64,000 nt of DNA, from the NCBI GenBank assembly GCA_964035545.1, contig OZ037772.1, forward strand, positions 6,308,889-6,372,888. The letters run 5' to 3'. Positions 1 through 12,539 of the stretch are shown here, piece by piece. The notes under the pieces are model-generated. The model was not told where the DNA came from. It searched no databases and worked only from the letters and a program-made list of their open reading frames with translations. This DNA comes from Bugula neritina. Taxonomy: Eukaryota; Animalia; Bryozoa. Within the stretch, counting starts at the first letter, position 1. Every line of letters begins with the position of its first letter. Both the position numbers and the translations under genes were made by a program.

Positions 1-3000
1 TTTCAGATTCTGGAAGCAAGCTAAATGTTTATACCTTTACTCAATATTTATCTATTTGGCTAGTCTAATGAAATAATTATTGACAATAACTTTTGAAATG
101 ATAATGCAGATATTATTTAAATAACTTAGAATGCAGATGCAACAAATAGTTTAGAGAGGTGCTCTTTTCTCAAAACATAATGTTTTCAGGCTAGACTATT
201 TATATATATCTGCTCAATACTATTGACTGACCTTAAACCAATAATACCTTTATTATTAAAACCATTTTTAGTTGCACCAACTAAAAGCTAAAATTGACTT
301 CTTAGTGCTGACTCTTACTATCAGTTACAGACAGCCCAATAGCTTAGCATAGTAAAGAGACTTGTGTAGGTAAGATAGTTATGTGTGTGCGAATTTATTG
401 GTAGCTGTAAGGGGCATATATGCAGTATTTTGTGTGACTGCTTTGAGTTTGGGTAAAGGATTTGATTGCTGCAAGTTTCTAATAATGCTATAGTACTTGT
501 GTTGTCCCTTTGGCACTATAGTACAAGCATTAATCAACACTCATTGAAGTGAGTTGGAACTTATATATAAAAGGTTAAAACGTGAGCCTGTGCTATAAAT
601 ATTCTATTTGCTTCCTGTTGTATACAGTCTAAACTCTGAAGAGTCCAATCAAGCCTACATGGCTTCTAGCTGAATGTCCAAATTGACTATGAGCTATATC
701 TTGTTGCTCAACACTGGGCTACTGGGCACTGCTGGCAACTGCTAACGCAGTGTTCACTCAAGCATGATATCATGGACTTGTGTACCAACTCAGAGCCAAG
801 ATTATCAACTGTTTTATGTTTCTAAATTTAGCATCTAATAGAAAAAGCTGTGTCTAGTTAGAGTGTTAGACTGACTGACACCATTCTTGCCTGAGTTAAA
901 CAGTCAAGATGAAAAGTTTTAATCTTAGCTAGGCAAGTATTGAGATTTTGAAAAGAAAGCCTTCTTAAGATAAAATTAAAGATATCCATTGAGGATTCGG
1001 ATTTTTCCAGTCTTATAGGTGTCATTTAATTAGCTCAAATATTAGCAATGCATTAGCCTATCTGCCATATTTTGATACTGCAGATATAACATTCCATAAA
1101 AAGAATTGACTTAAGAATTTAGGCATGTGTAACAAATCAACCAGATTTATTTAAACACTGAATAGCCATTACTAAAGATCACAACAAAAATCAGTGTGGA
1201 TCTTAAAGCATAACATAATTATTTTATATCTGTATGATCAGGCATAGAAGTAACAAGTTCAATAAATAAATTGAACATGCAGAAGGTATAACAGCTGTGA
1301 ACTATTGTGAAGGAGCAAATCAGGTCTTTTTATAGAAATACATCCTATACGTATATTACAAACATGGAGGAAATAATAGGTTAGTATCCTAATTGTTTTT
1401 CTCAAACTTTAAATAATGAATAATGGCAAGACTGACTTTGTAAAGAAGCAGAATCTATAGAAAATCAAGCTGCAAAAGCCTAACCAAAAGACACATTGCT
1501 AGGGTGATTAGTCCTATCGATTATTTTAAGTTTAATTTTAGTTTTTATATCCTTTGATAAAAGTCCTATTTCCACAGGTAGAGTCTTGAGATATAGGTGT
1601 CAATTGTAGAGTATTATCCTTTTTGAATAAAAAAAGAGTAGAGTGGAGTAGAGAATCTAAAGATCCTATAAGAGCTGCAGCTGACATTATAGAAAGGATG
1701 TCCTGAGTAGACATACTAGCATTTCTTTGACAAAACCTGGTCATCTAGTAGTCCACTTCATCTAAAATACAAATACCAGTTTTCTCAATATATGCAAAAG
1801 TAATTTCCAACATTTTCAATTTGAATTAACATGCTCATATACACCACAGTTAGTACTATAATAGTCTATATTTTGTAACATCTACTTATACCGTAATTAC
1901 ATAAAAGCTGCTGGTAACTGTTTAAAAGACACAGCTCATAATTACAATTATTACGTTGAATGCTCCCTTAAGATTGCATTTTTCAAATAATTCCCCATTA
2001 TATATGACTGACATGATGACTATACAATTCTTTTGAAATATATGCATTGCTTATATTTTAAGTTGGTCACTCAATGTAAATGTAATTTGGTATGCTGCAA
2101 GTATAAGTACAATTATAATTACTAAACAGAAACTCTTCAGTGCAAAAATATATTTTCTATGTGACTATACTCAACCACAGAACTCTAAATAATTTGAAAA
2201 AAGTTATGGCCAGTAATAAATTTGGATAATTTTCTTAAAGTTAATTACATAATTATAATAATAAAACCAACTGACAATTTTGATCTAGTTTTACATCACT
2301 ATGACTATTACTATTAGTATTACTATGCATTTATTGAACATAAAACTCAAACTTGAAGTTTAGTGATACTGCACAATGCTAATAATAATACAGTTATAAT
2401 AGTAATAGTAATACACAGTATAGGCCTACTGTAATATACTAATAGTACAACTATACAAATACTATAAAATTAAGTATAATTGTTAAATTATTGCTTGCAA
2501 GCAATATAAAATAAAAATATGTGAATTTGCTGAAGGAGGCAGTTATAGTACTAGTACTCACTTACCCTTGAAGTTTAACTCCTAAAGTTAATCAAAGTAC
2601 ACACCTTCATCCTAGGTTCGAAAGGTAAGAGATATTCTTCACTCAATTTTATCATGATAATCCCATTGCCAGTTGGCACGTTCACTTTGCAGATTGTAAT
2701 TTAATTAATATCGAATATTTTATTTACTGGGCTAGCTTTTACTAGTAACATATCAATCTGGGCGAGATCACCAATGCTTATAGCTATGTATGATATTACA
2801 CAGGGCGGTTTATTTGAAGGCAGTGCACTGCAGCTGTGGAACGACTAGGGTAGCCTATCCAGGAGTGGATGTAAATTATAAACGTTCTACGTGCTTTTTG
2901 AAAGCATTAGTCCTATAGTGATAGCATGCGATTTAGTCATTTATATAAAATTAAAGTTATTGTTTTAAAAATAATGATTTACTTAAAAAAACAGTTATTT

Positions 3001-4997
3001 ATTTATTTTATTATTGCTTTTTTTTAAAAAAAATAATTAGTAAAGTTTTGAACATCCCTAATAATACCACAACTATACTCCACTCCTTTAGTTGTAACCT
3101 AATTAGATTAGAAGTCACATCTTCAATACAAACAAGCTAGGCTTAGTATTTCTGATGTCTGTATACTGCTGCATTAGCTTTAAAGTTTAAACTGTAGTGA
3201 AGCTCTTACTGAATTAGTAGACTGAAAGTGCAAAACCTAGTAAGCTACCAACACTATAAATTGTTATAAGCGAGTAAAGGAAATGAACAGTATATGTGTA
3301 CAGAAACTTGTACTTAAATACACAAACACCATAGTTATGGTTATTTGGGATGCAGTTGTATTAAAAAAAAATTGTGAATTGAATACTCATTATAGACATT
3401 ACAATTTACATCATGCTGAATCGGGTTACATATTTGACTATTTAAAGCTGTTTTTATAAAATAACTTAACTAAGTTACTTATAGGTGACAAGTAATATAT
3501 AATTTAAATTCAAACCATGAGCTCATTTCAGCTAAAAATAGCAGCACCTTGTCACTGCACATGAATGGCTGGCCACTGTTTGAGCCATTAGCAAAATGGC
3601 TTACAGCTATTGCAAGCCTGCTACATGCAAGAATTATGTATCAATCAGAAATTTCTTATTCAATTGCAAGCATACCAGAATTGTAATACCATGATATAAA
3701 AAGTTGCCTACATATATAGGTGCAATGGTAGAAAAGCTTAAACAGCCTAAATTTGTCAAAAGATGCTAATTTGAGAACAGGTTGAAATTCTCTCTAAACT
3801 TTTTTTGCTGCATCTCAACATAGGGTCTAATTTATCAATATCCTCATCACTACTGCACATACCTCATACTTGGTATACTCATGCACCTGGTAATAAGATT
3901 ACTTTTAAAATAAAGTTATGCAATTACTACTCAATTGATTAAAAATTCCCTCCAACAATTTTTGTAGACTCTGAAATTTTTTAATATTTTGCATTAAGAA
4001 TACAATAAGCTTGGTTACAAATAATATATTATTAATATAATTTAGATTGCTGTACAGAACCACAAAATAATGTGCTTTGAAATCACACACAAAAGCTATA
4101 AAACTCAGTGGCTATTACCTTTCATTAGCATTATAAGGTGCTTGGGCTCTCATGCAAGCTGTATAATTACTAAACTGTTTTGGACTAAAAATATATAGGA
4201 TATAAACTATAGAGTATACACTTGAACGCCACTAGCTTGGAAGCTCTGCTTCCTAGTTAGACTTCAGAAATTGCTTCATTTTAGTACAACTAATTAATCT
4301 AGATTCAAAGTAAACTACACATTGTACAGGGTATTGGCTGTAGGCAGTACAACAACATTGCTATCATCAAGATTCCAACTACTGTAGCTACTATAATATA
4401 TTAACCAGTCTCATACCGACTAATTATTTTACTGCAAAGGTGAACTTTAACCCTTTGGTTTAGCGCGCACAACATGAATCATAGGCCGCGTGAGCTCCCT
4501 GTAATCATTATGATGGCTACGATGCAGCGCAGCTCTACCGTGTTCAGCCAAGCATGCAGACTAAGTGAGAAGCAAAGTTTCTAATAAAATCAGTGTATAA
4601 ATTACATGTTTACACTTATTCTATTGAAGCTATGCAGAAAATTTGAAAAGGTTCCAATAGACAAATATCTTATCACGCCATAGGTCAATTTTCACAAAGA
4701 TATATCAATTAGGGATTGAATTATTTTTTGGGCACTGAGACCATGTTTTTTTGAGCAAAAATGGGCAAAATTTGGTAGTTTTTGGGGCATAAAAGTGCAA
4801 CAGATGACATAAATGAAAGTTTTAAAAAAGGTTCCAATAGAGCAGCAAGAGATATACAACATAGTTTTTGAATTTTGTTTCTAGACTCAAAATTGATTGA
4901 GTTATGAGTTGGGCACTGTTTCATATATAATTATAATGGAGCAATGAAATTACTGATTCAGTAGAAGGATGACCTTAATCAAGCTGTGTTGGTATAG

Positions 4998-6004
4998 GTG
5001 TTTCAAAGAAGAATGGATGGTTCAGTTGATTTCTACAGAAACTGGTACAGCTACAAACTGGGTTTTGGTAATTTGAATGGAGAGTTCTGGCTTGGAAATG
5101 ACAAGTTGGTAGCTGCTCTGCAAGCCAATTCTAAGAATGAGTTGAGATTTGATCTTGAAAGTACAACCAATGTACAAGCTTTTGCTGAATACAGCAGCTT
5201 CAATGTTGGTGATGTGTCTACTGGATATACTCTCTCAGTTTCTGGCTATACTGGGACAGCAGGTATGGATTTCAAACTCAGGATGCAAATCTCTGATCAA
5301 TGCCACCATTGCTATTGAGAAAGTAATGCTCTATCCTGTAGTTCATATATATACATAAATGTTACTAAACTGTCATTGAAAAAGTTTGATTAAAATATGT
5401 TTGTTGCAATAAACGGTTTTGAGGTATCATTTAGTTGCAATATATCAACTTTGTGTCAACGCTCCTATATATGATATATAACACATTACTTTATAGATAA
5501 GAAATTTTTGTTATAATTTGCTATTAAATTGTAAATAAATTGTTGCAAGATATTGATTGAGAAGTAATATTATTCTCCCAACTATAATAGTAATTTAGTT
5601 TACATTGAAACATTTCACACTAGGAAGCTACTCAAAGCCTATAGGCTAATATTCAACATTTATAGAAAATCTAAATATAAATTTTAATGAGTGATTGGTG
5701 GTGTTATTCACTCTGTGAAAGTAAGCTTTTGTACAAATGAAGGATTGAATTTTTAGGAGACAGTTTTGCTGCTAATCATAATGGCTTCAAGTTTTCAACA
5801 GCTGATAGAGACTATTCAAGCTCGTGTGCATTGAAATATGTTGGTGCTTGGTGGTATGGAGAAACCTGTCACCATTCTAACTTGAATGGCAAGTACCTGA
5901 ATGGCACTCATACTTCTTTTGCTGATGGTGTAAACTGGAAAACCTGGAAGGGATACCATAATTCTCTGAAGACCACAGAGATGAAATTCCGTGGATATTT
6001 GTAA
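4998..6004 (+). CDS. FReD/ficolin-like gene copy A, partial (exons 3-4 only: 4998-5262, 5757-6004)
   Basis: ag|GTG TTT CAA AGA AGA ATG GAT GGT encodes [29 protein letters not shown]; phase-1 intron gt 5263..ag 5756; last exon [55 protein letters not shown], open to TAA at 6002-6004. No exon 1 or 2 seen in 1-4997. Confidence 0.85.
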
Positions 6005-6553
6005 TTCCCCAAAGTTTGAATAATAGCAAAGCTCAAGCATTGTCATTCATAATTATATGACATAAACTTATTATTTTACTTGTTCATAAATGAATTAAAT
6101 TTTTTTTGTAAAATTGATGCGCCAAAATGTTGTCTGTGTGGCACTTTTGGGTAACATATCTTAAAAAAATAAATTACAAAGTAAACCAGAGGTGTAGTCA
6201 GTTTTAAAATTTACAAATTTAAACGTAAATAAAAGGTTTAAGAGTTGGTTTAGTAAACATAAACATTACAAATTTTTGTCCCAAAAGCCTTGCATGCAGT
6301 TCATCAAAATTGTAGTTTTCCTGCAAAATTTAATAATTAAGTGCTACAACTCTATGCTTATAACATATGTGCTTCTTTTGTCGGATCTTCTGAAAAACTT
6401 TCAGACCGTAACTATTAGATGTTGGAATGCTTATATACACAATGATATATGTATTAAATACATATCCAAAATTTAAACAGAAACAAAAAGAACACAATTA
6501 TTTATATTTAAGCAACAACATTTACTATATAACAGCATAAATAAATATATAGG

Positions 6554-6557
<4 letters not shown>

Positions 6558-6638
<81 letters not shown>
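6558..6638. repeat. (TA)n microsatellite
   Basis: Directly visible pure TA run. Confidence 0.97.
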
Positions 6639-6644
<6 letters not shown>

Positions 6645-7525
6645 GTCAAGCGCCTATCGTGAAAAAATGTGTAATAACCACCACACTTTTCGTGAACTTG
6701 AAAATTTAAAATTTTTCTAACAATCTGACATGAAATAAACTGATATTTACTATACAAAAAACTTTTTCAAAAAAAATACGATCAGACAGAAAAAACAGAA
6801 AATACACAATCATAGTAATGTTGTCAGAACTGATGCTTAGTGGGTTCTTTTGAAGTAAGATTACAAAACTTCTGTATGTTTCATGAAAAAAGTTTTTTAC
6901 ATATAGACAGAATTATAAATTTAACAATTAATGCAGTCAAATCTAATAAGCTGTATGAAGGACTTCTATTCGCTAATAGAAACTCTAGCACTGAACTTAG
7001 CTTAAGACCTTTGCTCATTCCCAAATAAATAGCTGCACTGTCTGCTTATATAACCAGCTGTTTTTCTGTTGAAGCTACAAAGTACTGATGGCCTTACAGA
7101 AAGCTGTAGCTTGTGAAACAACTTTGAGCTAACATATATTATGGTAGAATAACTCTATAAGCTGTGCAAAGTTGGGGATGGTTAAGTGGAGTAGTTTTAG
7201 GTTCAGGTTTGAAGTTGGAGGCATAAGTTAGAACTTTAAACCTCCACAGCAAATTCAAGATTTCCAAGCTATACTGCACTCAGTCACCCTACCTGAGACC
7301 TGCTAGATAAGATCAACATGGCACTGCCACATGAAGTCTAAATTGAAAAAAAATATGTGTTAGGAGTTACCTGCTCAATTTAATAGATTGACTGGGAGGA
7401 CAATACTGGAAAAGCCAATTGTACTCAGCCAGGATTTCACTAGTCCCTACATAATATATGTATATATTATATATTATATATATATATGTATATAGTAGAA
7501 GAAGTAAAAATGAGATTTGATTAAT

Positions 7526-7596
7526 ATAATGGCATTTATTACTAGTAGTTTCGTACACAAGAACGATGTGCACTCGTCAGATAAATTAGCCACTAT
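7526..7596 (-). ncRNA. Minimal type I hammerhead ribozyme (minus-strand arm of the palindrome)
   Basis: Reverse complement reads atagtggc-ta-atttat CTGACGA gtgcaca-tcgttct-tgtgtac GAAA ctactag TA ataaat-gccattat. Confidence 0.85.
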
Positions 7597-7665
7597 AGTG
7601 GCTAATTTATCTGATGAGTGCACATCGTTCTTGTGTACGAAACTACTAGTAATAAATGCCATTAT
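7595..7665 (+). ncRNA. Minimal type I hammerhead ribozyme
   Basis: Stem I atagtggc(ta)atttat / ataaatgccattat; core CTGATGA 7611-7617; stem II GTGCACA/TGTGTAC; GAAA 7639-7642; short stem III ACT-act-AGT; cleavage triplet GTA 7649-7651. Confidence 0.88.
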
Positions 7666-7756
7666 ATTAATCAAATCTCATTTTATTTCTTCTAATGTTT
7701 ATGCTCTAGATTTATTTCTATAGAGCACTCAAGTAACGTTTTATAAACACTCATTT

Positions 7757-7880
<124 letters not shown>

Positions 7881-8992
7881 TTTTTCTATTATGATATCTT
7901 GTGTTATATATTACAGTTATTTTATTGAAAAGAGTGTTTATAGATGCAGCGGATAAACATAAAAATCACACAGCACAATCTTCAAAATTGAGAATGAATT
8001 TGACTGAAACAAAGTTCTACAGATATAGTTTATTCACCATCAATCAAATATACAACAATATTATTAGTATAAAAGTAAAAGTTCCTTAAATATTAAGTAA
8101 TTTATACCTTATATATAGACTAAAATGAAACTAATTAATTTAAATGTCATCTACATTAATTTTATTCAATTTTTCAAATAGTTTATACACAAACGAACAT
8201 ACAAAATGCATGGTAATTATTGATTAATCAATTACAGAAAAGTGTATAGTTAAAAACTACTATATTATTTTACAGCAGATATAATGTAACCATACGCAAT
8301 GCTATAAGATAGTAACTCTGTGTTTATTTCATAAGACATATTTGTTTAAAAAGTTTGTTTAAAAAGATAAAACAGCTCAACAACTATCAGCAGGGAGTTG
8401 ACACAGCTTGATATTTCTCTTTTTAAATAGCATTAAAATTATTCATAATTTATGCCCTGTGAGCCGTTTCACTGGATTTGGTGATAAACAGCTTTTCACA
8501 GTTAAGAAACATTGTGAGTAATTGATTATAGCATTAATTTATTTTGTAAACATTTGATTTAAAATAGTTGCATTAATCCAAAACTGAAACATTGTTTAAT
8601 GTATTACAGTATATACCGAAGAAGTTACTATTTCAAAAAGAATATAAATACATGTGCTAGTTTACACTACATGTCAGAGGTCAGAGGTCAGAGGGCAGGC
8701 AACACTAATGCTCTTTTTTATAATATTATGAGAAAGACATTAGGTTATGCTGGAAAATGTGAACTGTTACTTCTTACAACTACTGACTAAAGAGTTGAGG
8801 GCTAAGGGAGTTGTCTACTCTGCTGCTGTACTATACAAGCAAACAATAGATGTTGTAGTCAGTTTTATTTGTGAAATAGTCAATAGGTCAATTAAACTTT
8901 CCAGATCAATGTTCAGTGTATACTGATATACAACACAGACAGAGGCACATGCATACACACAATACAATCTTACAATTTTATTGATGTTTTAG

Positions 8993-10713
8993 TTCACTCT
9001 GCTCTAGAATGTATGACTCAGTGCAGTGATCTCCACATTCAGTGTCTGTCTGGTATCTTTGAATCAGCAAACAGAACTTGTAGACTATTCAATGAACCTT
9101 TAGTAGAGCTGGAAGCAGAAAACTTAAAAGATATGGTTTACTTCATGAAGATATCTTCAGTGACAAGTAAAAATATACTTGTTCCTTAAATCCCAAATTG
9201 TAGCAACCCTTTTCATTCAAAAGATGATGCTTATAATTATAGTAACTTTAAATCACAATTTGTGCAGTAAATAAAACCTATTGGGAGTTGAACTACTTAA
9301 AAGTGAAAAAATTGTGGGCATCAATGTAGAATGTAACGTAGCTGCTTTCCAATTAGTTTTAGTCAATATTGGCAGCTTTTAATGGTTTTAGGTGAGAATA
9401 TTTTTCTAGGCCAGAACTTTTCTGATGTGCTAAAACATTACCAACAGAGAATCACTTCTAGTCCTGAGTTCTGTCTGTCTCTCTCTTTGCTCCTGTAACC
9501 AATCATGTGTTGCTGTGTTATATGACAAGAATACATCAACCTGTTTCCTGTCTGATAAACCAGAAGTTATCATCAACACTTGGGCCCCGCTCCTTGAATA
9601 GCTATGCTACTGAGCACATGGGCCCCCATCTTGACTTCGATTAATATTATATATAAATTGAATTTAGCTCTTTTTGTGTTACTGTTTTGTATTTTTTTTG
9701 TCTTTTTTTTGTGATGGAAATAAAGAAACAAACAAACAAACAAACAAACAAAGAGCAGACTAGCAGACTGTGTTCTGTTAAAAAGAAACACTCTGAAGAC
9801 TTGACTGTCTATAGTTTCTCTACCAATCTTGCTAAAGGTAAAAATAGCCAGTTGGTAATGCTATTTTGAGTTATGAGCTTTTTGAACATATATCAAGACT
9901 AAAAATAATGCTACAAAGTCAGTAAATTAGGTTAATCACATATGTGACATTATACCACAATACTTTACATGATGTCATATAAGCTTTAAAGAGTATTCAC
10001 TCTTTATATTGTATAAGCCTTGTAATTCATGTTATTCTGGTAAATTTTAGATAAAGTTGCTACATCAAGCAGCATATATGGAGCAAACTTGTCAGGGTTG
10101 AAAGCTATTGATGGCATTTATCTTCCCTCGGAAGCTGGCTTAGGAGAGCAAGGAAGTTTATTTGCTACTAATCAAGAATTGTCTCCGTGGCTGCAAGTAG
10201 ACTTAACCACTAGTCACTTTGTTGAAGGTGTCAAAATATGGGACAGATCTGAGCACAGTTTTCAAGGTCAGTGAATTGTTTGTGCATCTTTTGTATAATA
10301 TTGATATTTTATCTATTGCAATGGTGTCTGAACAGATTAGTGGTAAGTTATTTGTATTTAATGGTTATATACATAGATGTTTGTAATAGTATACTCGTAA
10401 TATTTTTACCTTCTCAAGGTTAAATTCAAGTCAATACAAAACTAGTTTTCAAATTTATAGATTACAATGATCGACTAGCTAATGTGAGAGTAGCAGTTAG
10501 TGAAACTGACACAAACTTTGATGATCCACCAGAAGATGAGATCTGTAATAACTTCCTGGACAACCACCTGCAGATATATTTCTGGTTACATGTCGTACTA
10601 GAATGTATGGTAGATACGTGAGAGTAACAGCTATTGAAGTAAATGAGCTTCTTAATATCTATGAGTTAGAAATTCATGGGTTAGAAATTGTTGAACAGCC
10701 AGCTAACGACTAA
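8993..10713 (+). pseudogene. PAN-PAN-F-type lectin gene copy P1 (exons 8993-9166, 9392-9837, 10051-10266, 10461-10713); signal-peptide exon absent
   Basis: Encodes ECMTQCSDLHIQCLSGIFESANRTCRL (PAN), CVAVLYDKNTSTCFL (PAN), NLAKDKVATSSSIY..AIDG..PWLQVDL..WDRSE and MYGRYVRV..IYELEIHG (F-type lectin fold). Lesions: 4-nt insertion near 9485, 172-bp insertion 9580-9751, 1-nt deletion near 10550. Confidence 0.85.
9580..9751 (+). mobile_element. 5'-truncated non-LTR retroelement 3' end (CR1/L2-like) inserted in P1 exon 3
   Basis: Interrupts atcaacac|agagcagac, which is contiguous in the paralog at ~31757; ends in AATAAA followed by an (AAAC)n tail; no clear TSD. Confidence 0.7.
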
Positions 10714-10770
10714 TGTGATACAATGTTATATGACAAACAAAACTCTGGCCAGCTACTACCATATGCCCGA

Positions 10771-10798
10771 GAGAGAGAGAGTGTGTGTGTGTGTGTTT

Positions 10799-10846
<48 letters not shown>

Positions 10847-10934
10847 GCGTGTGCGTGTGCGTGTGCGTGTGCGTGTGCGTGTGCGTGTGCGTGTGCGTGT
10901 GCGTGTGCGTGTGCGTGTGCGTGTGCGTGTGCGT

Positions 10935-11019
<85 letters not shown>
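10771..11019. repeat. Compound (GA)n/(GT)n/(GTGTGC)n microsatellite just 3' of P1
   Basis: Directly visible; explains the spurious VC/HT-repeat ORFs. Confidence 0.97.
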
Positions 11020-11021
<2 letters not shown>

Positions 11022-12384
11022 AAATTATATATAAGCATTACAGCTACAATGTATAGCAACATCATCTAATACATGCACACAAACAAATGATATGTGATAT
11101 AGTTATTGCAGTAGGAAGAAAGTCTGCATGTAAAATTAATGTTTCATGAAGTAGTACAAACAGCTGTTGTGACTTTGTGTTATTAAAGCTAGAATATATT
11201 GTGCCATTTAATTATTTGTTATTGTTTAATTTTATTAGGTAGACTTTGATAGTTTGATCAGATCAATAGTTTCAAAACAAATTCATAAAAGTAGGCTGAG
11301 TCATTAAACACATCTTATGAATAGTAACTTGGCCCTATAGTGTTACACACAACATAGATGCTAAATTTTATATAATTTTCATTCATAATATTTTAGTGAA
11401 TAGCATTTAAATACTATAACTTCTGTGTTGTTTTTGGCACCATTTTCTATTCTTTATTTAATTTTTAGCTTTTTTTCTTTTTTATGATACAGTTTATTTA
11501 TTATCAGTTTAACTTCATTGTAAAGTCTTCAGTCATATAACTTTATAAAATTTACTATCCTTTATAATAAAGAGTTTTTGTTGTTCTATAATTTATATGT
11601 TTTTATTGTCGCAGACTGAAAGAAAAGAGTAAAGTAATAAGAGATAAGTAATATGATATAAGTGAATGAATAACAGAAAATTATTGGTTTGTATACTAGT
11701 CTTATAAAAAGTAGCTATTCTGTGGTAGCCAAACTCATTGTATCACAATAGAAAAGACATAAGCTATGCTAATACGAGTAAAGTTGTAATTATTCAACAA
11801 GCTTCCAAGTTCATCTAATGGCGCCAACAGTTTTAATAAACATCACACTCTTCATGAATTAATTAGTTAGAAATTTATCTAACAATCTAACATCAACTTA
11901 GCATACGTAATATAGAATAAAACTTTCAAAAATAAAATTAAGTTCATCACTTAAAAACAGTAAAGACACACAATCACAATGATATTGTAGGAGCTGACAT
12001 GCATTTGCTAATTTTTTAAAATATCTCTAGTCTTTAGAAACACTCTTTGTGTATGTTTATGAGAATCTCTTAATTATGTATATAACAGAACTGAAGTAAT
12101 AATAATAGAAGTGCAGACATACAGTGGCATGGATGAGGAGCATCTTTTATAAAATATGCTCCACTTGCACGCATCTCTATGTTTTAATTAGTCAAATCCA
12201 CGTCAGCACTGAATTCAACTGAAAACCTTAACTTATAGTCCCAAGTGGATAGCTGCATTGATTGATTGCTCTCACCAGCTGTTTGTCTATTGAAGCTGCA
12301 GAGTAGTGGATGTCTTATGGCAAACCGTTATAAACTGTGAACAGTTTATAATAGCGTTGAGCTACCATAGTAGACTTATTCTGT

Positions 12385-12539
12385 AAGCGGCTCCGAGTTG
12401 GAAGTGACTGCATGAGTGCAGCAGTTTGGGGTTATTGAGTTTAGAGTTGAGGGTTTAGGTAGGAAGTTTGAATCCCCAACTCCAACCTTGAAACTTCAAA
12501 CTATTTACTCACGCAGTCACCCCTAACGCGGAGCTGCTT
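12385..12539. mobile_element. ~155-bp imperfect hairpin (MITE-like) carried in the duplicated intergenic block; copies near 7158, 19008, 34729 and 36314
   Basis: Ends aagc(a/g)gctcc ... ggagctgctt, with internal complementarity (gagtgcagtagtttg / caaactatttactc; gagttga / ccaactc). Confidence 0.55.

Larger units (their letters stand above)
7496..7694. repeat. ~200-bp near-perfect palindrome (centre 7595/7596), probably an inverted pair of Penelope-like terminal repeats
   Basis: Left arm ...atgagatttgattaatataatggcatttattactagtagtttcgtacacaag...ataaattagccacta is the reverse complement of the right arm tagtggctaatttat...atcaaatctcatttt; TA-rich/(TA)n sequence on both sides. Confidence 0.9.

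Noticed and set aside
4447-4570. TTAACCCTT piggyBac-like terminus followed by a CpG-richer patch
   Set aside because: No matching opposite terminus found; insufficient support.
1-4900. Possible gene or exons (ORF 1538-1744, donor-like cttacc at 2561) or the missing exons of FReD A
   Set aside because: No recognisable protein motif, frequent stops in the frames I read, and no match to FReD exon 1 or 2.
7474-7723. Two nearly identical ORFs on opposite strands (MINIMAFITSS..)
   Set aside because: Consequence of the palindrome; the RNA-structure reading explains the sequence better.
10688-11069. Long VC/HT/RV-repeat ORFs (also 33154-33630 and 48476-48759) and YI-repeat ORFs (6473, 14811, 14909, 50186, 52114, 52444)
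   Set aside because: Translations of GT and TA microsatellites.
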